From positions 69,481-133,480 of the forward strand of contig CAVUSH010000002.1 of the NCBI GenBank assembly GCA_963744095.1: DNA of 64,000 nucleotides. Reading direction: 5' to 3'. Position numbers and translations under genes: made by a program. Below are positions 53,409 to 62,865 of this stretch, in pieces. The notes under the pieces are model-generated. The model saw nothing but the letters and a program-made list of their open reading frames with translations, did not search any database and was not told where the DNA came from. This stretch comes from an uncultured Chloroflexia bacterium (GTDB lineage Bacteria > Chloroflexota > Limnocylindria > Limnocylindrales > CSP1-4). Numbering within the stretch: the first letter of the stretch is position 1; every line of letters begins with the position of its first letter.

Positions 53409-54623
53409 TCAGGCCGGCAGGACCAGGGGCTCCCGCGGGAAGCGGGTCAGGCGTTCGACCCGGCCGGCGGCGGCATCGAGCAGGACGAGGTCCTCGATCC
53501 GCACGCCGGTCCTCCCCGCAAGGTAGACGCCGGGCTCCACGGAGAAGACTGTCGGGCTCGGGAGCGGATCGTCTGGGGCCACCCGCGAGAGGCTCGGACG
53601 CTCGTGCGTCGCGAGCCCGATCCCGTGGCCGGTCCCGTGGCCGAAATGCGCACCGTGCCCGGCCGCCGTGATCTGGTCGCGCGCGGCGGCGTCGACCGCG
53701 CGCCCGGAGGGGAGCGACCCGCCTGCCGCGACGGACCGCTCCAGGAGGCTGATGGCCGCCTCCTGCGCCCGGGCCACGAGGTCGTAGACGGCGAGATCGC
53801 GGTCACCCGGCGCCCCCACGAAGAGCGTGCGCGTCATGTCGCTGCGGTATCCCCCGACCTGGGCGCCGAAGTCGACCAGAAGGACCCGGCCGGCGCGGAC
53901 CCGACGGGGGCCCGGCGAGCCGTGCGGCAGGGCCGCCTGCGCTCCGGCCAGCGCGGCGACGTCGAAGGCGAGCGCCTCCGCCCCGCCCTCGCGCATCAGG
54001 ACCTCCAGGCGCCAGGCGAGCGCCGCCTCCGTCAGCCCCGCCCGGATCTCCGGGAGGACCGCGGCGAGGGCCCGGTCCGCGACCGCTGCCGCGGCGGCGA
54101 TCCGTTCGATCTCGGGCGGCTCCTTGACGGCCCGGTCCTCGTCGATCCAGGGCCCGGCCGGGACCAGCTCCACGTCCGGCGCGGCGACGCGGAGAGCTTC
54201 CCACAGCGCGTGCGGCAGGTCCCCCGCGGGGATCGCGACCCGCCGCGCCCCGATCGAGGCGAGAAGGGACGGCCAGCGCGCCGGGAGGTCGTAGGTGACG
54301 TCCTCCACGCGGGCCCCCGGCGCCTCGCGCCGCGCCTGGAGCGTGTAGCGCGAGTCGGCGAGGACCACGAGCTCGTCGGCCGTGACGAGGAAGCGGCCCG
54401 AGTGGCCGGCGACCTTCTCCTCGCCCTCGCCGAGGGCCACGCCCGCCAGGTAGCGGATCTCCTCGCGGCGGAGGCCGACGTAGGCGTCGAGGCCGGCCGC
54501 GGCCAGTCGAGCGCGGAGCCGGGCCAGCCGCGTGGGTCGAGCCGCCCGGTCGGCGTCGTCCCACGCCCGCCGGCGGTGGGCGGTCGGCGGGGCGGCGAAG
54601 TCGGACGGGACGGGCAGGCGCAA
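53409..54623 (-). CDS. pepP: Xaa-Pro aminopeptidase (M24B family)
   Basis: The metal ligands lie in VDFGAQVGGYRSDMTRT, HGTGHGIGLATHE, VEPGVY and IED. Confidence 0.85.
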   Translation of the reverse strand: MRLPVPSDFAAPPTAHRRRAWDDADRAARPTRLARLRARLAAAGLDAYVGLRREEIRYLAGVALGEGEEKVAGHSGRFLVTADELVVLADSRYTLQARREAPGARVEDVTYDLPARWPSLLASIGARRVAIPAGDLPHALWEALRVAAPDVELVPAGPWIDEDRAVKEPPEIERIAAAAAVADRALAAVLPEIRAGLTEAALAWRLEVLMREGGAEALAFDVAALAGAQAALPHGSPGPRRVRAGRVLLVDFGAQVGGYRSDMTRTLFVGAPGDRDLAVYDLVARAQEAAISLLERSVAAGGSLPSGRAVDAAARDQITAAGHGAHFGHGTGHGIGLATHERPSLSRVAPDDPLPSPTVFSVEPGVYLAGRTGVRIEDLVLLDAAAGRVERLTRFPREPLVLPA

Positions 54624-54628
54624 GGTTC

Positions 54629-56014
54629 TCAGCTTCCGCCGTACTTCGTGATGTTCTTGCGGTGCTCCGCGTACGTCTTCGCGAACACCGTCCGGCCGTC
54701 CTTCGTGGCCAGGAAGTAGAGGTAGTCGCCCCGTGTGTCCGGCGCGAGGGCGCCGTCGATCGAGTCGACCGAGGGCGTGCAGATGGGCGCCGGCGGCAGA
54801 CCCTTGGACGTGTAGGTGTTGTAGGCGGCGAGCGCCGCGGGCAGGTCGGCCGGGAGGTCTCCCTTAGGCGGTGCCCAGAAGACGTAGGTGGGCCACTTCG
54901 CGAGCGGCAGCTTGGCGAGCTGAAGGGTGTCGTTGACGTAGAAGACGGTGGGATCCGCTCCCAGGAAGCCTGCCGTCTCGTTGCGCCCGCTCATCCGGTT
55001 CGTGAACACGCCGGCGATCGGTGCCCGCTCGGCGTCGTCCGCCGTCTCGCGCTCGACCAGCGACGCCATCGTGAGGACCTCGTTGAATGAACGGCCGCTC
55101 GCCTTCGCCGCTTCGATCCGCGCCAGGCCCACGTTCTCGATGAATCGGTCGAGCATCTTGCGGACCAGCTCGTCCGGCGTCGTGTCGGGGAGGACGCGGT
55201 AGGCGCCGGCCGCGAGGTACCCCTCCAGCGTGGCGCCCTTCGGCAGCTCGAGCCAGGGATAGTCGTCCAGGAGCTTCTTCGGCGGCTTGCGGACGAGGGC
55301 AAGGAAGTCGGCCGCGTCCATCTCGAGCATCGCGATCTCATCCGGCCGGGCCTCGATGTAGGCCGTCATCTGCTCCAGGCGAAGGCCGGGACGGAACTGG
55401 ATCACGAACGAAGGATCCTTCGCCTCCAGGAGGGTTCCGACGAGCTGGTCCGGGGTCAGGTTCCGGCGCAGGAGAAAGGTCCCGGCGTCGAGCTGCCCGG
55501 TCACGCCCCGGTCGATCGCAATGAGCAGGAAGGCGCGTGGATCCCGCAGGAGCCCTTCGTCGACGAGACGCCCCGCGATTCCCGCGGCGGTCTCGCCGGC
55601 GGTGACGGTGAAGTCGACCTCCGTCGCGTCGGTGCTCGCCGGCGCGGTCAGCGTGTCGCCCAGGTCCTCGCGCACGAACTCGGCCACGAACGGCAGCCCG
55701 AGCGCCCCCGGGTTGGCGTCGGCGAAGCCGACGACCACGCTGCGGGTCAGGGGGCGGAGCACGGTACCCAGGGCGAGCAGGACGACCACGGCCCCGATGC
55801 CGACGAAGACGAGGAAGCCGATCAGGCCCCGCGTCCCGGTGCGGCGGCGGCGACCGCGGGCCATCTCGTACCCCGAGATCGTCCCGGCGCGAGCCGGACC
55901 GCCGCCGGGGGCCGCGCCGGACGTGCCGGGGTCGTTGGAGCGACGGGCCATCGGCGGCCGTGCGCCCCCCGGCTCCCTGCCGTCGCGGGGCCCGGCCCCA
56001 CCGCGGATCGTCAT
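54629..56014 (-). CDS. mltG: Endolytic murein transglycosylase MltG (YceG-like)
   Basis: N-terminal basic region plus a TM helix. The YceG domain carries LTMASLVERE (catalytic Glu) and YNTYTSKGLPPAPI. The ATG overlaps the ruvX stop. Confidence 0.85.
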   Translation of the reverse strand: MTIRGGAGPRDGREPGGARPPMARRSNDPGTSGAAPGGGPARAGTISGYEMARGRRRRTGTRGLIGFLVFVGIGAVVVLLALGTVLRPLTRSVVVGFADANPGALGLPFVAEFVREDLGDTLTAPASTDATEVDFTVTAGETAAGIAGRLVDEGLLRDPRAFLLIAIDRGVTGQLDAGTFLLRRNLTPDQLVGTLLEAKDPSFVIQFRPGLRLEQMTAYIEARPDEIAMLEMDAADFLALVRKPPKKLLDDYPWLELPKGATLEGYLAAGAYRVLPDTTPDELVRKMLDRFIENVGLARIEAAKASGRSFNEVLTMASLVERETADDAERAPIAGVFTNRMSGRNETAGFLGADPTVFYVNDTLQLAKLPLAKWPTYVFWAPPKGDLPADLPAALAAYNTYTSKGLPPAPICTPSVDSIDGALAPDTRGDYLYFLATKDGRTVFAKTYAEHRKNITKYGGS

Positions 56015-56520
56015 GCGTCCTCCTGTTGCGTGCCGTCGTCCGGCGGCATCCCGACCCGTTCGCCGGGCGCCACCCGCAGGCGAGCGCGAAGCTCGTCTTC
56101 GAGGATGACGGCCGCGGCCTCGCGGTCGATCCGGGCCCGGTGTGCCGCCCGCCGGACCGGGCCCGGCGGCCCTCCTGCCCGGCCGCGACCGGGCGCTCCC
56201 ACGCGCGATTCGGCGACGTGGCTGGAAAGCCGCTCGTCCCGCAGACGGACCAGGAGGCCCGTCTGTTGCGCGACGGCCGTCGCCCATTGTCGCGCCGCGG
56301 CCGCCATCGCGCCCTCGGCGCCGCTCATGTCGAGGGGCAGCCCCACGATGATCTCGTCGATGCCGTTGGCCGCCGCGATCCGGGCAAGAGCCTCCGCATC
56401 CGCGGCCGTGGTGCGGCGACGGGCGAGGGTGGCCAGGGGCCGGGCCCGCTCCTCGCCTGCCTCGGCGACGGCAAGTCCCACCCGGCGCGTTCCGAGATCG
56501 ACCCCCAGGAGTCGGGTCAC
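56011..56520 (-). CDS. ruvX: Holliday junction resolvase-like protein RuvX (YqgF)
   Basis: LLGVDLGTRRVGLAV and IIVGLPLDMSG. The GTG overlaps the upstream gene stop (GTGA). Confidence 0.85.
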   Translation of the reverse strand: MTRLLGVDLGTRRVGLAVAEAGEERARPLATLARRRTTAADAEALARIAAANGIDEIIVGLPLDMSGAEGAMAAAARQWATAVAQQTGLLVRLRDERLSSHVAESRVGAPGRGRAGGPPGPVRRAAHRARIDREAAAVILEDELRARLRVAPGERVGMPPDDGTQQEDA

Positions 56521-58304
56521 GGGGCCGCCGACGAGGGCGGCGACCCGCTCGGACTCGGGGATGGTGCAGGGATCACCGGCTCGAGCGTCGGCGACGGCGC
56601 GGGCGTCGGCTCGGCGGGTGGCAGGCCCTCGACCGAGATCACGAGCCGGCCGTCGATCGTCGTGATCGTCGAGACCCAGTCGGGCCAGACGACGATCTCG
56701 ACGGTTCCGTAGTCCGCGAGGATCTCGCGCGCTTCGGCCGGCGTCTTGCCGCGGACCAGCGCCCGGACCTCGTCGGACGTGATGTCGCGCACGGACTCGG
56801 CCCGCGCCGCGACCGGATACCGGATCGTCTCGCCCTCGACGACGCCGGGCCCGACCTCGACGCGGACGGATCCTTCGCGAAGCTGCCTGCCTTCCGGCAC
56901 GGCCGCCGTGATCCGGGCCGCCCCGATCGCCTCGAGGGGCGCGGGGTCGGCCGCGATGACGGTCCCCTCGGCGGTGAGCGTCAGGTCGAAGGTCTCGGCT
57001 TCGCGGCCGACGATGTCGGCCACCGGCTCGGAGGGCACCGGCTCGCCGCGGCGCGCCGTCTCCGGGTACGCCGTGGCACCCGCAGCGATGCCGGGCGGTG
57101 ACGAGGCACTGCCGGCGAGCTGCTCGTCGAGCTGGGCGGTCAGGGCGGCCACGGCCGCCGCGACGTCCTTCTTCTCGACCTTCGGGAACTCCTCGCGCAG
57201 GCCCCCGCTCGTCGCGGCGGGGTTCGAGACGAGAACGAGCCCCGGATCGTAGATGCCCGGTACGAACCGGATGGCGCCCGCGGCGACGTTGCCGCCGGGG
57301 CCGCTGCGGACGGCGACGACGTCCACGCTCCGCACCTGGCACTTCACGCGCAGGTTGGGCGGGGTCCCCGAGAGGATCGCGACCGGGACGAGGATCCCGT
57401 CGGTCGTCGCGAATCCCAAGCCGCTCGCGGTACGCGCCACCGTACCCGACGGGATCGTGTAGGACCGGCTCGGATCGCAGTTCTGCCACTCGACCGAGCC
57501 CGTCGCGGGCGCCTGCTCGACGCGCCTGCCCGTGGCCGGGAAGGTGCCCGTCGCCGAGAGAGGCAAAATCATCCGGTCGGCCGGGATCGTCGCCGACGCC
57601 TCGTCGGCGGCGACGACATCGGGATCCGCCGTTCCGACAAAGGCGATCGGGCCGACGGGCTCGCTCGCGAGGGCCACGGTGACCGTCGCCGTCGGCAGGA
57701 GGACGTAGCCGGCGGCAGCGCCGGCTCCCGCCAGGAGGACGACGGCCAGGATGAGCGCCAGGAGCAGCGGCCAGCGCCGCCGCGGCGGCGGCGCGACGGG
57801 CCGCCCCGCCGAGAGGCCGGTCGACGCCCCGACGGCCGCCCGGGACCGGGTTCCCTCGCGCGGCGCGGACGAGAGGGCGTCCGGGGGCCCCGGAGCGGGC
57901 GGCTCGTCGTCGACGGGCAGGGGCGCGACGCCCGCCGGGACCGGGACCGGCGCCATCGCCGCCTCGACCGCAATCGCCGTGGCGGCAGCCGCGGCCGCCG
58001 GCAACGGGGCGCCCGACGTCCCGCCGTCGGGTCGGCCGCGGGCCTCCCCGTACTCCACCACCGAGGCGAAGACCGGCAGCCCGGCGGACGCCGCGAGCGC
58101 TCGCGTGGACGCCTCCGGGGCCACGATGGCGAGACGCCGGCTCCGCTCGGACGCCTCGCGGGCAAGGAGCCGGAAGTTGATCCGGCTCGTCGCGATCCGC
58201 GATCCGGCCGGCAGGACCAGGGCGACGTCGATCTCCTCGGCCGTCCTGATCCGGGCCGCCGCGGAGGTGATCTCGTCGTCGATGTCGAGGTAGACGATGG
58301 TCAT
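56517..58304 (-). CDS. Hypothetical single-pass membrane protein (595 aa)
   Basis: An ~85-aa cytoplasmic N-domain (MTIVYLDIDDEITSAAARIRT...) is followed by a Pro/Ala linker and a TM helix (WPLLLALILAVVLLAGAGAAAGYVLL). Then come an ~370-aa extracytoplasmic domain and a Pro/Ser tail. No family recognised. Confidence 0.65.
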   Translation of the reverse strand: MTIVYLDIDDEITSAAARIRTAEEIDVALVLPAGSRIATSRINFRLLAREASERSRRLAIVAPEASTRALAASAGLPVFASVVEYGEARGRPDGGTSGAPLPAAAAAATAIAVEAAMAPVPVPAGVAPLPVDDEPPAPGPPDALSSAPREGTRSRAAVGASTGLSAGRPVAPPPRRRWPLLLALILAVVLLAGAGAAAGYVLLPTATVTVALASEPVGPIAFVGTADPDVVAADEASATIPADRMILPLSATGTFPATGRRVEQAPATGSVEWQNCDPSRSYTIPSGTVARTASGLGFATTDGILVPVAILSGTPPNLRVKCQVRSVDVVAVRSGPGGNVAAGAIRFVPGIYDPGLVLVSNPAATSGGLREEFPKVEKKDVAAAVAALTAQLDEQLAGSASSPPGIAAGATAYPETARRGEPVPSEPVADIVGREAETFDLTLTAEGTVIAADPAPLEAIGAARITAAVPEGRQLREGSVRVEVGPGVVEGETIRYPVAARAESVRDITSDEVRALVRGKTPAEAREILADYGTVEIVVWPDWVSTITTIDGRLVISVEGLPPAEPTPAPSPTLEPVIPAPSPSPSGSPPSSAAP

Positions 58305-58312
58305 GCCAGTGC

Positions 58313-59575
58313 CTACAGCTTCATCGAGCGCAGGACGCGCCGCAGCGCGGCATCCAGCGGGTCGCGCTCGGCCTGGAGCTCGATGGCCTGGTTGGCCAGG
58401 CCCAGCGGCGTCACGTCCTGCTGGTCGACGAGCAGCTGCGTGGCGTCGTCCAGGGTCTCGACCATGTCGGGCCCCATGACGGTCACCTCGGGCGGTCGGC
58501 TGAACGGGAGGCGCTTCCAGAACGACTCCGCGCGGAGCGCGGCCGCCGTCTCCGGCAGGCGGGACCCTCCGCCGCAGAGGTAGATCCGCGAGGGAAGCAT
58601 GTCCCCGCCGCCGAGCTCGTCGAGGACGAGCTCCATGCCGGCCGCCCAGACCGCCACGTCGTCGGCCACGATCCCGGCGACCTGCTCCCGCTCCTCGATC
58701 GCGAGGCCCCGGGCGTAGTCGACCTTGAGGGCCTCGGCCCGCGGGAACGGCAGGTCGAGGCGATCGGCGAGCGACTTCGTGAAGGCCCGTCCGGCGAGGG
58801 CGAACATGCGCGTCCCCTCGATCCCGCCGGAGCGCACGAGGGCGACGTCGGTGGTGCCCCCGCCGATGTCGACGAAGAGCGCGCCCGCCTGGCGCACCTG
58901 CTCCGAGCCGATGACGCGGGCCACAGCGTAGGGCTCAGCGACGATCTCCAGCAGCTCGAGGTCCAGCTCGGCCGCCACGCTCTCGAGGGCGCCGAGGTGG
59001 ACGAGCGGGGCGAACGCGTTGAAGATCCCGATCCGCACGTGGCGACCCTGGAAGCCGACCGGGTTCGTCACCGCGTACCCGTCGATGCTCGCCGAGGTGA
59101 CCGCGGCGTGGACCAGGCGGACGTCCACGTTGGGGAGGCCGGTCTCCCAGGTGATCGCCCGCTCCGCCTCCTCGAGCGCTTCGCGCTGGACACCGTCGAT
59201 CAGCTTCTGGAGCTCGACGTCGGTGATGGGTATGTCGGGCTTCTTCCGTTCCTGCGTGTGCGACGTCGTGAAGCCCTTGACGAGCTCGCCGGCGATCCCG
59301 ATCACGACCTGGGTCGGACGGAAGCCGGCCATCTCCTCCGCCTCCTGGAGGGCCACCCCGCAGTTGTCGACGACCGCCCCGATGTCGGCGACGGTGCCCG
59401 ACTGCATGTGGGCGAGGCCCTGGCGCTTGCGCCCGACGCCCCGGACCGTGCCGTGGCTCCGCTCGTCGATCTCGAAGACCAGCGCCTTGGCGAACTCCGT
59501 CCCGATGTCGAGTGCCGTGCAGGCGGCGAGCTGGTCGCCGCCGTCGCGCTGCCAGAAGCGCCGCAGGAAGGCCAT
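58313..59575 (-). CDS. FtsA-like actin-fold ATPase
   Basis: Phosphate-1 LDIGTEFAKA, phosphate-2 FVDIGGGTTDVALV, adenosine motif IYLCGGGSRLP, and an FtsA-type LEIVAEPYAVARV segment. It is not in a dcw context. Confidence 0.75.
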   Translation of the reverse strand: MAFLRRFWQRDGGDQLAACTALDIGTEFAKALVFEIDERSHGTVRGVGRKRQGLAHMQSGTVADIGAVVDNCGVALQEAEEMAGFRPTQVVIGIAGELVKGFTTSHTQERKKPDIPITDVELQKLIDGVQREALEEAERAITWETGLPNVDVRLVHAAVTSASIDGYAVTNPVGFQGRHVRIGIFNAFAPLVHLGALESVAAELDLELLEIVAEPYAVARVIGSEQVRQAGALFVDIGGGTTDVALVRSGGIEGTRMFALAGRAFTKSLADRLDLPFPRAEALKVDYARGLAIEEREQVAGIVADDVAVWAAGMELVLDELGGGDMLPSRIYLCGGGSRLPETAAALRAESFWKRLPFSRPPEVTVMGPDMVETLDDATQLLVDQQDVTPLGLANQAIELQAERDPLDAALRRVLRSMKL

Positions 59576-59589
59576 GGCGGCTCCCTGCC

Positions 59590-62337
59590 CTACCCGTCGG
59601 GGGCCGCGGCGGCAAGCGCCGTGCGGATCGAGGCGAGCGCGTCGGCGAGCCCGGCGCGGCGGCTCCCCTTGCCCTGCGCCATCTCGGGGCGTCCGCCGCC
59701 CTTCCCGTCGAGTGATGCCATCGCCGTCCGCACGAGGTCGCCGGCGGCGACGCCGCGGGCGACGAGGTCGCCCGAGACCGTGACGAAGAGCTGCGGCTCG
59801 TCGGCGTCGAGGGCGAGGGCGACGACGCCCGAGCCGAACAGGGCCCGGACCTCCTTCGCGGTGCTCTTGAGGGCGTCGATCGACTCCCAGGGGCCGGCGA
59901 CGGCCACCAGCCTCAGGCCCGGCGCGATCTCCTCGGCCCTCCCGACGAGCTCGGCCGGCTTCGGCGCCCCGCCCCCGCCGTTGCGCAGCCGCCGCCTCGT
60001 CTCGCGCAGCTCGGTCTCGAGGGCGGCGATTCGGTCCAGGACGGCCGTGGTCGACGGGACGCCGAGCCGGTCCACGACGGCGTCGAGCAGCTGGGCGCGC
60101 TCCCGCAGGTGCGCGTCGGCGCCGTCACCGGTCAGGGCCTCGATCCGGCGCATGCCGGAGCCGATGCTCCGGTCGCCCGTGATGACGAAGCCGCCGATCT
60201 GTCCGGAGGCCCGGCAGTGGGTGCCGCCGCACAGCTCGAAGCTGTAGTCCGCGACGCGGACGGTGCGCACGGTCTCGCCGTACTTCTCGTCGAAGAAGGC
60301 ATCGGCGCCCGCCTCGATCGCCTCGGCCATCGACATGAAGGCGACGCTGACCGGGCGGTCCTCGCGGACGACGCGACGGACCTCGTCCTCGATGTGGAGC
60401 TTCTCGTCGTGGGTCAGGGCGCGGTCGAAGGGGTAGTCGAAGCGGAGGTAGTCCGGGGCGACCAAGGACCCCGCCTGGCGCGCGGACGGGCCGGCGACCT
60501 TGCGGAGGGCCCGGTGGAGCAGATGCGTGGCCGTGTGGTTGCGCATGGTCCGGGCTCGCCGCTCGGCGTCCACCGCCGCCGCCACCGTCGTCCCGACGCG
60601 CAGCCGGCCGTGGAGCGTACCCCGGTGGACGATCAGGCCGCCCGACGGCCGCTGCGTATCGGTCACGGCGAAGAGCGGGGATCCGCCGCCCGGCTCCGTC
60701 AGCTCGCCCCTGTCGCCGACCTGGCCTCCGCTCTCCGCGTAGAACGGCGTCCTGTCCAGGACCACCTCGGCCTCGCCGTGGCCGGTCAGCTCGTCGTAGG
60801 CGACCCCGTCGCGAACGATCGCCACCACGGTGGCCTCGGCGTCCGTCGTCTCGTAGCCGAGGAACGCCGTGTCGCCCGACCTCTGGGCGAGCGATGCGTA
60901 GAGCGCCGTCAGCTCGGCATGGCGGGCCAGCTCGGCCTTGCGGCCGCCGCGGCTGCGCTCCCGCTGCTCGGCCAGCGCCTCCTCGAATCCCGCCCGGTCG
61001 ACGCGGACCCCGTACTCGGCCGCAAGCTCGATCGTGAGATCGATCGGGAAGCCGTACGTGTCATGGAGCTTGAAGGCGAAGGTGCCCGCCAGCGCGGGAG
61101 CGTCGGAAGGGACGTCCTCCGGGCGGCGCCCCACGACGCGCTCCGCGCTCGTGAGCGGGACGAGCGCCTCCTCGAGCTGGGCAGTGCCCGCGTCGAGCGT
61201 TCGGGCGAACTGGGCCTCCTCGCGGGCAACGGTGGCCAGGATCCGCTCGCGCTCGTCGCCGAGGAGCGGATACGCCTCGCCCATGACCCCGATGACGGTG
61301 GCCACGGTATCGGCCAGGAACGGCTCATGGCGGCCCAGGAGCCGCCCATGGCGCACCGCCCGGCGCAGGATTCGACGCAGGACGTAGCCCCGCCCCTCGT
61401 TCGAGGGGAGCACGCCGTCGGCGATGAGGAAGGTCACGGCCCGGCTGTGGTCGGCGATCACCTGGTAGCTGAAGCGCTCCGCCTCGAACGACTCCGGGTC
61501 GTGGCCGAGGAGCCGGCGGAGTGTCTCGTGGATCGGCGTGAACAGGTCGGTGTCGTAGTTCGACAGGACGCCCTGGAGGACGGAGGCGAGACGCTCCAGG
61601 CCCAGCCCCGTGTCGACGCTGGGGAACGGCAACGGCACGCGCGGGCCGTCGGGGAGCTGGTCGAACTCCATGAAGACGAGGTTCCAGATCTCGACCCACC
61701 GCGGGCACGTCTCGGAATGGTCCGGCACGCACTCCGGCCCTTCCGAGAGATGGGCGCCGCGGTCGAAGTGGAGCTCGCTGCACGGGCCGCAGGGGCCCGT
61801 CTCGGCCATCCGCCAGAAGTTCTTGTCGTCACCCGCCTCGACATCACCCCAGCGGGCCATCCGCTCGGGCGGGAGGCCGATCTCGTCGCGCCAGATCGCC
61901 CAGGCCACCTCGTCCTCGGAGTAGGTCGTGGCCGCCAGGCGCTCGGCCGGGATGCCGAGCTCCTCCGTGAGGAACTCCCACGCCCAGTGGATCGCCTCTC
62001 GCTTGAAGTAGTCGCCGAAGCTCCAGTTCCCCATCATCTCGAAGAGGGTGTGGTGGCGCGGCGACCGGCCGACTTCCTCGAAGTCGTTGTGCTTCCCCGC
62101 CACCCGCAGGCAGCGCTGCACGTCGACGGCCCGCGTGTAGCTCCGCTTCTCGGCCCCGGTGAAGACTTCCTTGAACTGGACCATCCCGGAGTTCGTGAAG
62201 AGCAGGGTCTGGTCCCCGGCCGGGATCAGGCTGGCGCTGGGCACGATCACGTGGCCGCGCGCGGCGAAGAAGTCGAGGAAGCGCCGTCGGACCTCGGCGG
62301 CGGGCAGGGGCGTTGTTCGGGACTCGGGGGTCGCCAT
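59590..62337 (-). CDS. alaS: Alanine--tRNA ligase
   Basis: RRRFLDFFAARGH, FTNSGMVQFK, an editing domain with HTATHLLH and ELCGGTHC, and a C-terminal DHHA1-like domain. Confidence 0.95.
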   Translation of the reverse strand: MATPESRTTPLPAAEVRRRFLDFFAARGHVIVPSASLIPAGDQTLLFTNSGMVQFKEVFTGAEKRSYTRAVDVQRCLRVAGKHNDFEEVGRSPRHHTLFEMMGNWSFGDYFKREAIHWAWEFLTEELGIPAERLAATTYSEDEVAWAIWRDEIGLPPERMARWGDVEAGDDKNFWRMAETGPCGPCSELHFDRGAHLSEGPECVPDHSETCPRWVEIWNLVFMEFDQLPDGPRVPLPFPSVDTGLGLERLASVLQGVLSNYDTDLFTPIHETLRRLLGHDPESFEAERFSYQVIADHSRAVTFLIADGVLPSNEGRGYVLRRILRRAVRHGRLLGRHEPFLADTVATVIGVMGEAYPLLGDERERILATVAREEAQFARTLDAGTAQLEEALVPLTSAERVVGRRPEDVPSDAPALAGTFAFKLHDTYGFPIDLTIELAAEYGVRVDRAGFEEALAEQRERSRGGRKAELARHAELTALYASLAQRSGDTAFLGYETTDAEATVVAIVRDGVAYDELTGHGEAEVVLDRTPFYAESGGQVGDRGELTEPGGGSPLFAVTDTQRPSGGLIVHRGTLHGRLRVGTTVAAAVDAERRARTMRNHTATHLLHRALRKVAGPSARQAGSLVAPDYLRFDYPFDRALTHDEKLHIEDEVRRVVREDRPVSVAFMSMAEAIEAGADAFFDEKYGETVRTVRVADYSFELCGGTHCRASGQIGGFVITGDRSIGSGMRRIEALTGDGADAHLRERAQLLDAVVDRLGVPSTTAVLDRIAALETELRETRRRLRNGGGGAPKPAELVGRAEEIAPGLRLVAVAGPWESIDALKSTAKEVRALFGSGVVALALDADEPQLFVTVSGDLVARGVAAGDLVRTAMASLDGKGGGRPEMAQGKGSRRAGLADALASIRTALAAAAPDG

Positions 62338-62419
62338 CCGGGTAATGGTACCGAACGGGGCGCCCCGCACGGGACCGGGCGCGAGATCGCGGCCGGGCGT
62401 CTCAGTCCGGTGGCGCGCC

Positions 62420-62557
62420 TCAGCGGCTGGTCATCCTCCGCACGGCCGCCGAACCCGCCAGGAGCGCGCCCACGAAGGCGCCCACGACGAGGCCGCGGAG
62501 GAAGACGGCGAGTCGATCCTCGGGGCCGCGGAGTCGGGGGCGCGGCCGGCCGCTCAT
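62420..62557 (-). CDS. Possible small membrane protein (45 aa)
   Basis: The ATG overlaps the upstream ORF stop (ATGA). Single TM helix LVVGAFVGALLAGSAAV. Confidence 0.35.
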   Translation of the reverse strand: MSGRPRPRLRGPEDRLAVFLRGLVVGAFVGALLAGSAAVRRMTSR

Positions 62558-62862
62558 CGACCGCTTCCCGCGGAGCCGCCCGGCCCCGCCGTTCGCGACG
62601 GGCCGAGGACGGAGACGAGGACCACGAGGCCGATGCCGGCCCACGCCCCGAACGATGCGGCGAGGAGGCGGAAGTCGCCGATCCGCAGCAGGTCGAGGCC
62701 GAGCCGCCCTCCGAGGGCGTCCCCCGCCCAGGCGCCGAGGATCGCGAGGGCCAGGACGAACGGGAGCCGCGCTCCGGCGACGCCCGTCACGAGGACGGCG
62801 AACGCGGTCCAGAAGGCGCCGAGGAGGAGCGCCAGGACGAGCGACGGGCCGAGGAGCGGCAT
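62554..62862 (-). CDS. Small membrane protein (102 aa, 3 TM helices)
   Basis: Starts 1 nt after the mnmA stop codon. Hydrophobic helices throughout. Confidence 0.5.
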   Translation of the reverse strand: MPLLGPSLVLALLLGAFWTAFAVLVTGVAGARLPFVLALAILGAWAGDALGGRLGLDLLRIGDFRLLAASFGAWAGIGLVVLVSVLGPSRTAGPGGSAGSGR

Positions 62863-62865
62863 CGT

